From Guillardia theta CCMP2712 (Eukaryota; Protista; Cryptophyta), in assembly GCF_000315625.1 (NCBI RefSeq), contig NW_005434638.1:464121-528120 (forward strand): DNA of 64,000 nt, written 5' to 3'. Below, in pieces: positions 1 through 11,476 of the stretch (its first letter is position 1; each line of letters opens with the position of its first letter). Below the pieces are notes generated by a model, which was given only the letters and a program-made list of their open reading frames with translations, searched no databases and was not told the origin of the DNA. The position numbers and the translations under genes were made by a program.

Positions 1-1060
1 GGAGGGAGGGAGGAGCAACCTGATGAGGAAACAAGAGGTGCGTATTTATCAGGATGATCTCCGGACGAGGAAGGTGTTGACATCTTTGACAGCTGGGGAG
101 ATTGAAGAGAGGTTACAGGGAGCAGAGCAGAGAAGAGCAGAGCAGAGCAGAGCAGAGCAGAGGTCACCTTGAGGAGGAGAGCTTCATTCTTGCAAGCATC
201 GCGACTCTGTCGCCGAAGTCATGGAAGATAATGTCTTGCTGGTCGAGCAGCTCGATCTCGTGCTTGACGAGGGTGACCAGACCGTCTCCTCGCCCTCCTG
301 TCCGACTCAACTGCATCCACTGATACCTGCCGACAGCACGCGGTCATGATTTGCTTCCTCCTTACTTATTGTCCCCCCTTCGCCCCCCTCCTTGCGTCCT
401 CCTGCTCACTTTGATCCGAGCTTGTCTCTGTACATCTTCACTATTTCTTCGTTGTTGACCCAAAATTCCTGTCTGTGCTCAACAGTTGTCAAGAGTCATA
501 ATGGAGGAGGGAGGAGGGAGGAGGGAGGAGGGAGGAGGGAGGAGGGAGGAGGGAGGAGGGAGGAGGGAGGAGGGAGGAGGGAGGAGGGAGGAGGGAGGAG
601 GGAGGAGGGAGGGACTTACGAGGCAGATTATGTCGCTTCCGCATGATTGGAGGAGCTTGAGGATTTCTTGCTGTCTCTCGTTGTATCTGCAGCTCAAGTC
701 AGCACAAGGGTTTGTGTCTGGGAGCTGCAGCAGGCACAACATGGCAGGGAAGCTGCTCTCGCGTTCCTCTCCTTGCAGCCTGCGAAACAGAGGGCAGAGC
801 ATGTTGAACGTTGTCACGGAAAGCTCCCGTCCTCGGCACACGCACAGCGATGGAGACCCTCCACGTCCTGCCGCAGCCTCTCCTCCTCCTCCTCCTCGCA
901 ACGTCGGGCGCCCCAACCCTCCACTCAATGTCAGGCCATGGCGCGAAAGTCTCGGCGGCTCCGATTGACTTGGGGGCTCAGAGGGGGCGGGACAGCCAGT
1001 CCACGCGCCCAAGACAGCGAGGAGGATGAGCCTGCACAAGGTTCGGGACCCGAGCTGCAT
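1..1060 (-). CDS. EEP (endonuclease/exonuclease/phosphatase) family protein, similar to plant At1g02270-type proteins; multi-exon, 3' end beyond window
   Basis: Spliced reading SVTTFNMLCPLFRRLQGEERES...QQEILKLLQSCGSDIICL|QEFWVNNEEIVKMYRDKLG...QLSRTGGRGDGLVTLV...IFHDFGDRVAML; TFN and DIICLQE are EEP motifs; N-terminal hydrophobic leader. Confidence 0.8.
503..611. repeat. (GGAGGAG)n heptamer microsatellite in EEP intron
   Basis: Visible tandem array. Confidence 0.95.
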
Positions 1061-1440
1061 GCTCGGTCGTGTTCAAGAGCTCAGCTGGTGCGCAGCTCGC
1101 AAGTTGGTCAGGACAGCAGCTCATGTCTCATGCTCTCAAGCGAGGCAGACGCTTGCGGGTCGACACCTGCATTCACACTTGATGAGGATGAACGACAAGG
1201 ATGGACGAGGAACACTACCACACCCTGACAACCTGTTCTTGCTTCCCTCCATCCTCTCTGTTTCCCTTCAAGTGGCACCTGACTGCCTCTCCCTCCCTCC
1301 TTTGCTCTCTTGTCCATCTCTCAGCCTCTCAGCCTATCCTTCCTCTTTCCCTCTCATCCTCTTTCCCCCATCCCCTCCTCCTCCTCCCCTCCTTCATGTT
1401 CCCCTTTCTCCATGGCCTCACTTTCCTTGACTACCCTTCA

Positions 1441-1880
1441 GGATAAATGCGGGGTAGTACATATAGGGATGAGGGGGTCATGTGTGTTTGGGGGTCGGGC
1501 TCCGGGCCGGGCCGGCTCCGGGTCGGAGGGCCAGTCACTGGCACCGTTGACGGGACCGTTCGCCGGACCGTACTCCGACTTTTTACTCAAAGTTAAGTTA
1601 AACTCCGAAGTAAGTCGAACCAACCGGCGTTGAACCGCGTGTTCGGATGGTTTCCGAAGCGGCGGCTTGGCTCAGTCGGTACGGCCCGTCAGGCCGAACC
1701 GCGGCCCGGCCGCCGCCGGGGCCCATTCCATGGTACGGTATTTTCTAATCATGCGGCTGTGCCGCGGTGCGGCCCGGTGACTGACCGTCGCCGGGACCGA
1801 CTCCGAGCCCGAGCCCCGGGCCGGGCCGGGCGGCCCGGCGCGCGGCCGCCGGGCGACCGGGGGCCTGGTGATCTAAACGG
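1441..1880. promoter_or_regulatory. Divergent intergenic GC/CCGG-rich island containing TTTTACTCAAAGTTAAGTTAAA (1581-1602)
   Basis: Lies between head-to-head genes; motif recurs at 7113-7145 and 27477-27511. Confidence 0.5.
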
Positions 1881-1889
1881 CAGGTGGTA

Positions 1890-3972
1890 ATGTTAGAGGC
1901 AAGTGTCTATTTGTGGAATGGCGGCGGCATGAGACGGGGGGTTGCTGTGTGCGCGGCAGTCGCGCTGGCGATGGCGACGGCAGTTCTGATCGCTACGGGA
2001 GGCAAGAGCAACGACAATGGCGTGAGAGGTGGAGCTGTCGCGTTGGGAGGAAGGGAGGGAGAGGCGGCACGAGGAGAGGAGGACAGCCATGGTCGGGGCC
2101 TGGGGATGTACGAGCGAATCATGCAGGCGGTGATGAACTTCGATCAGAATGCGACAGACTGCGATGGTCTGGGGGCGATATGCGCCATAGGCCTCAAGAA
2201 CAAGAAGAACCCCGATGACTTGACCTCCCAGATGGCTCAGGACTGGCTCGCCCAACAGCCATGGGACGACGTTCCCTATGAGTTCTGCTCCGCGTTCACG
2301 GATCTGAACGAAGAGGAGCTGGAGGCCTGCCTGACTCACTTCTTGAAGCCGCTCAAGATCCTCAATCGCGAGAGCAGCGCCAACAGCTCGGCACAGAACA
2401 GTACGGCCTTGATCACAGATGACCCTCGTTGGCTGTTGTGCTACCATGCCGCGACTTCAAGCGAGGTAGCTCAGCTCGCGTGATGTCCGGCTGACTCACC
2501 TTGACATGCAGGACAAGGAAAGATGCATCAAGTACATCCACGAGGTCACCCAAGGGGATTACGCGAGCGCCTGTCTCAATGTGAACTCGGAGGAGGAACA
2601 GAAGCGATGCTCGAGGGTGGAGGGGGCGATCCGGAACGCGGAGCTCTTGATTGAGCGGCAGAATGTCTCAGCCCCAGCAAACACAAGTGACTCACTGAAT
2701 GCTTCCAGAGCAGAGATGGAGCGGGTGAGGACGAGCGACCGACTTGCTGCTCCTCTGACGTTCGACTGGCAGGAGCTGCAGGAGCAGAACAAGACAGAGA
2801 AGATGCTCGACGACATGCAGCCGAAGCTGCGAGACATGTTCTCCAGCGTCATGTCAGCCCGGAAGGAAGACGCAGGTTTGGAACTTGCCGGTCCTTGTAT
2901 TGTCGTGGTGACGGCGAGTTGCCGGGTATGCAGATGTGGTCGGCGGCATGGAGGCTTTGCTCAACGAGACGCTCAACGAAGATGCGATGAATGCGTCGGA
3001 GCTGCTGAAGCCGGCGATGAGATACCGAGAGGTGGAGTTTGGGAAGGAAGAGCATGAGTACATCCAATCGCATCCGAGACAGAGAGCAACGCCAACCTCC
3101 TTGAAGGAGACTAGTCCATGGCGACTGGGGGCTGCCACCAGCAAGCGAGCAGCCAAGTTTGAGGAGGTCAGGGATCAACAGTCGCTGCTGCAGAAGAGCT
3201 TTCATTCTCTCTCGGCTGTGCGTCCCAAAGTCAGTCGAGGATGTTGGAGATCAACGGCTGATAGCTAACACCCAATGTAGCAGGCCAACTTCAACGGTCA
3301 AGGCACTAGGAGCTGGAGAAGAGCTGGGAAAGTCCTATCGACAGGCCAAAGATCGACATTGGGTGGCCGAGAGGTTGGAAGGAGAGAAAGGTTGGAGAAT
3401 GCTCACTGGTTTTGAAGGCTTCGAGCGACAACCTTGGTTCCTTGGTCGCCATGGTCAAGTCAGAGAAGAGAAGGCAGCAGCAGATAGGCTTGCCAGCAAA
3501 TGGGCGGGGACATGATGCAAAGAGGATGGACTTTGGTCAACTCAAAGCAGCAGTGAAGAAAGAAGAGGAGAGGGATAGACGAGAGGACGAAGGTTTCCCA
3601 CCTGGCAAGATGTCATCACAGCACATGAAGCTCTTGGATAGTCAGGTCTGAGACATCTCGTTGCAGCATTGCATCATCGCCTCACATTCAACGTCCAGAT
3701 TGAGGAGAAGAGGAGATCTCTACGCCAGCACCTCGCCAACGCGCAGCAGGTGCCTTGCCGTTCTAGTCAGATCACTCCCTGATCCGGCTACTCGTTCTAG
3801 GAGGATCGCATGCAAGCAGAGTCAGAGAAGAAGATGTTGAAGGTAAAGATTGTCCCATCCCGACCTGCTCGATGAATGCTGCTGTCTCCTTCAGCTCGAG
3901 GGAAGCGATAAGAACCTTGTGAACGTCGTTAGTGCATTGGCTGTGGCAGGACAAGCAGGGTGGGGAGGCTTA
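1890..3972 (+). CDS. Uncharacterised type II membrane protein with Cys-containing lumenal part and coiled-coil C-terminal region; multi-exon
   Basis: N-terminal TM segment VAVCAAVALAMATAVLIAT; consecutive ORFs joined by short GT-AG introns (e.g. 2466-2511); end approximate. Confidence 0.6.
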
Positions 3973-4205
3973 AGTTGCCGCCGGGCGAGATGCTGATAGA
4001 CGATGTGCAGGAAGGAGTCGGCACACATGCTCTCGAGATATCTGCATCGATGACAAGAGATGAACACTGAGGCGTCAATTCATCTTCAGCAAAAAATGTG
4101 TTTTATTTCTTCCAGAGAGGAAAAACTTGTAATATGCCAAGGAAAGTACAAAATGAACAGAGTGTACAGGAGAGGATACAAGAGGAGGTGGAACGAGAGG
4201 AGGCT

Positions 4206-5042
4206 CTAACTCTCGTTCACCGAGAGCTTCAGCAGCGCTCGCAGCGCCTGCGGCTCGTGGGTCTTCATCCCCTCATAGAAGCTGAACTTCTTCAAGTTGC
4301 CCTCCAGCCGCGCGATCCTCCTCTCCTCTGCGTCCTCGTCTGTGACCGCACCAATCTTGCCCTCCTGCATGGAAGGAGTATCTGCCCGGGAGATCTGCTC
4401 CTCCATCGGAGAGTGCTCCTCCTGCGTCCTTGCTGAAGCAGCCAGCTCGTTCTTGTTGAGGACGGTAGGGGCAGAGTTCGAGGAAGTCTCCTCCGTGTTG
4501 CCCGCCAGGCTCAGGGAACCAGGGCCCATCTCCTTCGATTCCATGTGCTGGGAAGGCGAGCTCGACGTGGAGGACGACTCAGCGGAGGGGAGGAGGTCTA
4601 CAATGGAGGGTACTGAGCGGGACTGGCGCCCGAGGCCCATGGGCATTGAGGAGCTGCGAGAAAGATCTGGGATCTCATACTTGAAGTTCTCCCCGATCTG
4701 CATGCAGGCAGCGCAGACCCTCACGTGCCGCGCGAGCCCTTGCCCGGTGGCTGGCAGCAACAGCTTCCGACCCATGGAGCAGTCAGCGCACACTATCCTC
4801 CCGCACATCCTACAGTGATGACGAGACGATTTGCCCTTCAACAGCGCCGTGAGCTTACTCTCGATCTCCTTCCCGCACTCGGCGATGCTGCATATCATCG
4901 CCTCGCTGTCCTCTTGCCATTGCCACTTGGCACATTCTCTTCGCGGCGAGGAGTAGTCCCTGGGGCTGGATGGGTTGCACGATGCGCTTTCGATCTGCAG
5001 CGACGTGATTCGTAGCGTCTGATCCGCCTTGCTTTTGTACAT
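4206..5042 (-). CDS. FYVE zinc-finger protein
   Basis: WQED...C..C...RHHCRMCGRIVCADCS...RVCAAC = WxxD, RHHCR and RVC FYVE signatures. Confidence 0.9.
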   Translation of the reverse strand: MYKSKADQTLRITSLQIESASCNPSSPRDYSSPRRECAKWQWQEDSEAMICSIAECGKEIESKLTALLKGKSSRHHCRMCGRIVCADCSMGRKLLLPATGQGLARHVRVCAACMQIGENFKYEIPDLSRSSSMPMGLGRQSRSVPSIVDLLPSAESSSTSSSPSQHMESKEMGPGSLSLAGNTEETSSNSAPTVLNKNELAASARTQEEHSPMEEQISRADTPSMQEGKIGAVTDEDAEERRIARLEGNLKKFSFYEGMKTHEPQALRALLKLSVNES

Positions 5043-7380
5043 GTTCCTCCCTGACCCCTCTCAACCAGATATGTTGCAGATGAAAGCGATTTGCGACGCG
5101 AGGAAACAGGGCGAGACTCAGCTGTTGCGCAATGCAGCTGGGAAACTTGACGAAGATCTTGCGGGAGGGTAGAAGATGATGAAGGTTGGTGTGGTGAACT
5201 TAAAGTCTTGATATGAGGGTAAGAACGAAGGTAGGGGTGAGAGGAGAGAAGAGATGCGCGACGATAGTGAACGAGAGGAGGAGGAGGATGAGGATGAAAT
5301 TTGGAAGTATTATAAAAACAATGGAGAAGGGGGGGATGACTGAGTTTACGGGGGTAGGTGGTGAGATATGAGGGTAGGATATTGAAGAGGGTAGTTAGTA
5401 TTGAGCTATGTTGAGGGTAGGGTGAATAAAGTAAGGGTACTACTGACCATTGTAGGGTACTGGGTCCAATGTCTCTTTTCTCATGACAAATGTAGGGGTA
5501 CTTCGAAGATTCAGGAAGAATGTAAGGGTAGTTTATCACTCCAAATGGTACAAATGTATGATCTTTGAGGGGTAAAGTCGATTGATAAGGATATGATGGT
5601 GGTACCTGAGAGTTATGGGGGGTGGGAGGTACGAAACTGAATTTATCTATCATAGGGTAGGTCCAAGTGTGGTGGGGAATTAAATGAGCCAGAGTTCAGA
5701 AATGGTAGGGTACTGGGAAGGGAGGGTGGGGGTCATGTAATAAAAATAAAAAGAAGATCCGCTGATACAAGGAAAGAAGCTCAAAGGGATAGATGGGGGT
5801 GGGGGTGCGGCCAACAGAAATAGTGGGAAAACAGTGGGTAGTCGAAGGTAATGTAGGGGGGTAGGGTAGCATGTAGAGTTGTACTTTGGTTGGGGTAGTG
5901 GCGGGCAGCCCGGTTGAGGCATGGGGCTGATCTCTCTATGTAAAGCGTAAAGGTTTGGGGTGGGTACTTTGCTGGGGTCCGAACTGTAGATTGATGGGTA
6001 CATTTGTGGGAAATATGCAGGTGGGTACTATAAAGGTTGGGGGTACTGGGATCAAAAATTGTGGTCAGTGGAAATTGGGGGTAGGGTAGGAATGGTTTGT
6101 GATGATGTAACTGAAGTACCGGTACCCCCCATGATATGGAACTATGACACCACCCCTAAAGGTACATTATTAACCCTACCCATGATCTGCATATCTGATC
6201 ACCCCACCTACAAATTTGTCAGGTAAATGACCGGTATAGATTGAAATTTTGTTGTACCCGTGTAGTGAAAGAAGAGTTTGGCAATAAGTACCCCTACCCC
6301 CTCAGACAAGTCTAGAGGCCTTACACAGACTACCCCCACCCGTACTATTCGGTTGGATCCTCGGAGCTGATTTACGTACCCGTGTGATTTAGAACCCCAA
6401 ACTGTAACTATCCCCACCCACGAATTCCCTCGAAAACTGTACGTAGAGGACCCGTGCCAGTCCCACTACCCACCCCCCCTTTCTAGAGTCATCGCCCTTA
6501 TATGCTCAGCTCTCAAAAACATTTTAGAAACCATTACGGGGGGTGAGGGGGTACTGAGAGGAGGCCATGTATCGAAAAATACCCGGTACTTTCATGGTTT
6601 AAGTGGGGTGGGAATACACATGGCTGGATCATTTCTGTATTTGAAGGGGTAGTATGTGCATTCCCCTCATCGTATGTTTGATGGCCGGCGGGATCTCGAG
6701 ATCAGGTAACAGTTTTGGGAGGGGGTAGGGGTGTGCAAAGTACCCCACATTATATCGAGATGATGTGGGGTGATTCAAGTTGAAGTGGAAGTATCATTTG
6801 GTGGGTGGGGTACGGTATGTCAACCTCTGGCGGGAGGGAAGGGACGTCTCTCCATAAAATACAAGTATAAAACTATTTTAATATATATAAGTGTTTTAGA
6901 TAAAAGAGTTTTTGTGGGATTGCTGAGTACCATGAATTTTGCACAGGAAAGCAGGGGTCAGAAAAAGAAGCATAGACGCCAAAAGAGCTGTTTTCGGTCA
7001 CCATGCTCTTATATGTCAGTCCCCTCTAGCCCCGGTCAATCCAGGCATCAAGAAGGCTCAGGGTCCTCATGGCCCTCGCATGTCCCGGGTGAGTTAAACT
7101 TGACAAGCCTCTGGTACTGATTTTTAACTTAACTTTGAGTGAAAATGAAAGGACTGGGGTTCTTTCTCGGTCTTCATCTGTAAAACGATGGATTAAAAAG
7201 GATTTAGAGCCTCTGGGCTTTAGAGCGGCCCCGCGTGGCAACTGGCCGGGCCGCCCGGCCAGGCTGCCATAGCCCGGGCCTCAAGGGTCACCGGGCCGGC
7301 CCGGGGCCGGGCCTGCGGTCTATCGATTACTGGGCCGGGCCGGGCCGGCCCGGCCCCACGTCATACTATGATATCTCCTC

Positions 7381-9434
7381 CTACTCCCGGTCCACTTCAC
7401 TGTCATCATCAGAAGCACTAGTAGTGTTGTCACCAGCTTTGGCGCGGCTGGAAGACTGTCTTGGCTGGATGGGCCTCTGAACGTGCACCACTTCTTCTAC
7501 GCGCAGTAGCCGCACAAGAACATTTAGCAGCATACGGAGCAAGCTCTCCTGCGAACCGTCACCTCCCAATCGCAAACTGCCCACGGCTTACCTTGATCCC
7601 CAACGGCTCGACGATCCCGACGGCCACGGGGTCCGCGAGTGTCCAGCCCTTGCACGCCTGCGAGCCCTTGGCGAGGGGAGAGGAGGACACGGGCCTGAGG
7701 TTGACGTAGGAGGGGCCGGTGACTAGGATCCCTCGAGGAAGGTTGGGTGGTGAGGACGGCACCCAAGGCAGCAGTCGGAGGTCTCGGAAGCCGTTAGAAC
7801 CACTTCTCGCGGCGTTGTTGAGGAGGGCCAACGGGACGGCTGCAGTCGCGCGCCGGAAGATGCAGGAGAGTATGACATCGACCTTGTCAGATGCCTGCTC
7901 ACGCTCGAGCTCACCCCAGATAGCGAGCTCTGCTGCTCCTGCTCCCGGCACGAGGCCGGTCTTGCTGGAGGAGTCACCAGGGGCTGGAGGCTGAAGGGAC
8001 TCGAACCAACGGAAGAGCTTGGAGTAGGCTTGCTGCATGCCCGCGATCACGAGCTTCGAGTCCTCTGGCACGACCTCACGCAGGACTATGGTGTGCGCTT
8101 CGAAGCTGTCCTGCACCGTGTCGATATCGACATGGATCATGGAGGAGACGCCGACGTATCCTAGAGTGCAGTGCTCGCATAAACCGATGCTGCGCTCTAG
8201 AGGAGCGTCTGGTTGCAGGGCGTCAGGGGGCTCGTGCAGGACGGGGAAGTCGCACCAGGAGGAAATGGAGAGGCGATTGGAGAGATGCTGCAGGCCTCAC
8301 ATAGAGCCATGGCTTGCTTCCGGTCAACAGATGCGATCGACTGATACGCATCCTATCAGCTGGTCTTCACATCCTCCTCCTCCCTTCCCGGCTCTCGCAC
8401 CTGAATGTTCCATCGGACTAGGAGGGAGCGCACCAGCTCACCGACCTGACCACCGTCAGCATCGAACGCGCATGGTAAGAGGGAGCGACATCGGCAGTAG
8501 ACACAAGTACTTGAACCCCATTCCGTGCGAGACTTCTGATCTGATCCTCCACGAGCAGCTCGATCATCCTCAACGACTCCTCCCTCCCTTCCCTCGCAAT
8601 CTCCTGCTTGCAGCCCACAGGGTCCTGAGCCACAGAGAATGAGGCAAAACATCCAAGTTGAGAGCCGTCACGAATCACCCTCATCTCTTGCAACTCGAGC
8701 GAGCAGTCCAAGACCACGAATTTGGCATCTTCCAAGTAGGGAATCTCACAGTGAACGATCATCCCGTGCATGACGAAGCCGTGAACGATGTAAGACTCCT
8801 GTATCGCTGCTCCTGCCTCAGTGATGATGGGCAGACTACGAGGCAAGGCCTTGACCGTGGGCTCCTCGCTAGGCAGCGACGCTTGCAGCCATTCACAGAT
8901 GATCTCAGCGCACTTGGATCTGCATCTGCCAGCAAAGAATCAGTGTCACGTACAGCAGGTAGCCAAGGAGCTCGCTGACGTCGCTGACCTTAGCCTGCTC
9001 ATGCTGGTTTGCAGCAATGCATTTGCCAGCGTCTCCCAGCCCCAACCCTCATTCGCAACTTCGCTTTGACCCAGACGGGGGATCAAGACCTCTTCAAGAA
9101 ATCGCTCTCCATGCTCTGATACTGCTCTTGTTATCTGCAAGAGCTCCCTCCTTCCCCTTGATCCCTTCAAGAGCTCCTGTACTCCCTGCACGCACCCCCC
9201 AAGCATAACCAGCAAAGTAGTCATGCCTCCTCCTCGTCTCTCCATCTCCCTGTAAGTCTGCAAGAGAGTTCGCCTACAGCACTCACTTTCCAGCCAGTCT
9301 GCTTCCTCCAGCATCTCCCGCCAGCTCGACAGACCCTGCTTGCCCACAAGCGACGAGCCTGAAGGGCCGAATACTCGAGCTGCAGCATCCCCGGCTTGCT
9401 CTGCCCCTCGCAGGCTCCTCCAGACTTCCGTCAT
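7381..9434 (-). CDS. Divergent group II chaperonin-like protein (BBS10/BBS12/MKKS type, most like BBS10); multi-exon
   Basis: RVFGPSG, GGGMTTLLVML, SYIVHGFVM, LVPGAGAAELA and C-terminal LLNVLVRLLRVEEVV follow Cpn60/TCP-1 layout with a degenerate GDGTT motif. Confidence 0.65.
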
Positions 9435-9617
9435 TCTCTCTGATCCCGCATGCTCCCGCTCTCCTCCATGTCCCCCCGCTGCCTCCTCCTAGGCTCCCTC
9501 TGCTACATGCATGGAACCTTGGTCTGTGCTCAGGAACGCATCTAACCGTTACAAAAATAACGTACGTGGATGGGGATGTGGGGCTGTTGCTACTGGCCAG
9601 TGAGGTGTTTTCCCGCC

Positions 9618-11391
9618 ATGCGTGGAGTCGCTATGGCGGGGCTGGAGGGCCTGGTGAAGAGGAGGGAGGAGGAGAGGAGGAGAGAGGAGGAGAGCAGGAA
9701 AGAAGAAGAGAGGAGGAGGGAAATGTTTCTTGAAGAAGCAAGGTCGATGAAGGCCCCCGAGAGAGCAGCTGATCTCGTACCTTTCGTGTCGTCGGCACAT
9801 GCCGACATTCCGAGCCAGCATAAACTGGAAGATGATGGCAGAGACGGGGGAGGAAGCGAGCTCGATGAAGAGGAGGGAAGCCGCGGCTCCTGGGACACCA
9901 AGAACGAAAGATCGGTCTACATCGGGGAGGAGGAGGAGGATGGCAACGAGGTGGCTGTGGGAGTTTATGATGAGAATCTCGGCCACCAACCCTCGGAGGA
10001 GGAGGCGTCAGGGGATGTAGAGAGCAGCAACAAGCCCTCGTCATACAACCCCTTTGAGGCCTCGCAGGAGGAGCGTGACTCCAAACATCACGCGGCGCAT
10101 GTCCCTCCCGACCATTCCGACATGGATAACTTCCGCTTGCGGCAGGAGACGTTGGACCTCCATGCAGCTCTGCAGGAGCAGCTAAAGAGGAACGTGAAGA
10201 TAGAGGAGCGACATGTGTCTGAGCTGGAGGGCCTGCGCGAAACTTTTCTCAGCTCTCTGGAGGTGAAGGCTAGGGAGATGAAGGAGAAGTACATGGAGGC
10301 GATGGCGCAAGTGCACAAGGAGCACGAGCAGGAGAAGAGGAGGATCGTACAAGAGCTCCAGGAAAGGATAGCGCAGCTGGAAGAAGATGCGCTGAAGTCG
10401 AATCAACGACATGAAGAGCAGCTGTCGGACCTGCAGGCTGCGCTGGATGCTGAGCGAGCGGAGAAGGAACGTGAGAGATCGATGCTGGTCGGGCGATCGC
10501 CAGGAGAAGATCGAGGTAGTGATGGGAATGGGAGGCGCGAAGGCTACAAGCCGGTGAGACAGAGTATGCTTGCTTCCTCGGTCTGACGTGAAGGCTCAGG
10601 TGGGCGGAGGAGATGAGGCCTCAATGCGCTTAGTGGATGCTTCTGTTTCTGGATCGGGGACGGAGAGGAAGAGGAGTGTCTACAAGCGAGTGACACTAAC
10701 GCGACGGACGTTGGACGTCAGTGGCTACCATGAGTCGACGACGACCATCTGTGGCGTGGGGCTCGGCTTCGACATGTGCAGGCAGGGAAACTTTGTGATC
10801 AGGAAAACGCTGCCGGGGTCCAGCGCTGACCTGCATGAGGACGTGGAAGTCGGCGATCGCATCGTGGCTGTGGATGGGATCCCGACCTTGGGAATGGAGA
10901 TGGAGGAGGTTGTGGGTCTGATACAAGGAAGCGCTGGGACAAGTGTCTCCTTGCTGATCGAGTGCGACGACGCCAACGACAGCAGCTGCTCCTCCGGTCA
11001 CGCCTCCACGAGCATGGACAGCGACAAGCCGAGCAACGTCAGACACACGACAAGTCAAGAGGAGGAGGATGGCTTGTTTGATCTCATCGGAGAGGAGTGG
11101 GCGGAGGTGCTGCAGCACCTTGAGGAGGAGGGAGGGAAGGAGAGGGCGAGGCAGCGCCTTCCGCTCCTGCTCCATGTGATGAAGAGGCAAAACTGCAGCA
11201 ACGTGCAGCTGAGGAGAGAAGTGACGCAGCTGAAGGAGCAGCTGAGAACTTTCTTCATCTTTCAGATCAGACAGGAACAGATGATCGCCCGTGAAAGAGA
11301 CGAGGCTGAGAACCTCAAGAAGCAGCTCACAGCCTTGACCAGACTCGTCGGAGGGCGTCCAGCCGAGAAAGACCATGTGGATCATTCATGA
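9618..11391 (+). CDS. Coiled-coil + PDZ domain protein (intron near 10554-10599)
   Basis: GVGLGF...FVIRKTLPGSSAD...VEVGDRIVAVDG...EEVVGLIQGSAGTSVSL is a PDZ fold; flanking E/K/Q-rich heptads. Confidence 0.8.
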
Positions 11392-11476
11392 CTTGTGGAC
11401 ATGGTGTCGATGTAGATAATCTCTTGCGCTACTCCACGTGTTTCTTCCCCTCGCTTCTTCCCTTGGCTTGTCTCCG

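Noticed and set aside
4895-6003. ORFs 4895-5653 and 5680-6003 (P/Y/S-rich)
   Set aside because: Composition is a by-product of TACCC motifs on the minus strand; no domain or transposase motif
5200-6850. Interstitial telomere or LTR element
   Set aside because: GGGGTA words are irregularly spaced; no tandem periodicity, terminal repeats or RT/integrase motifs seen
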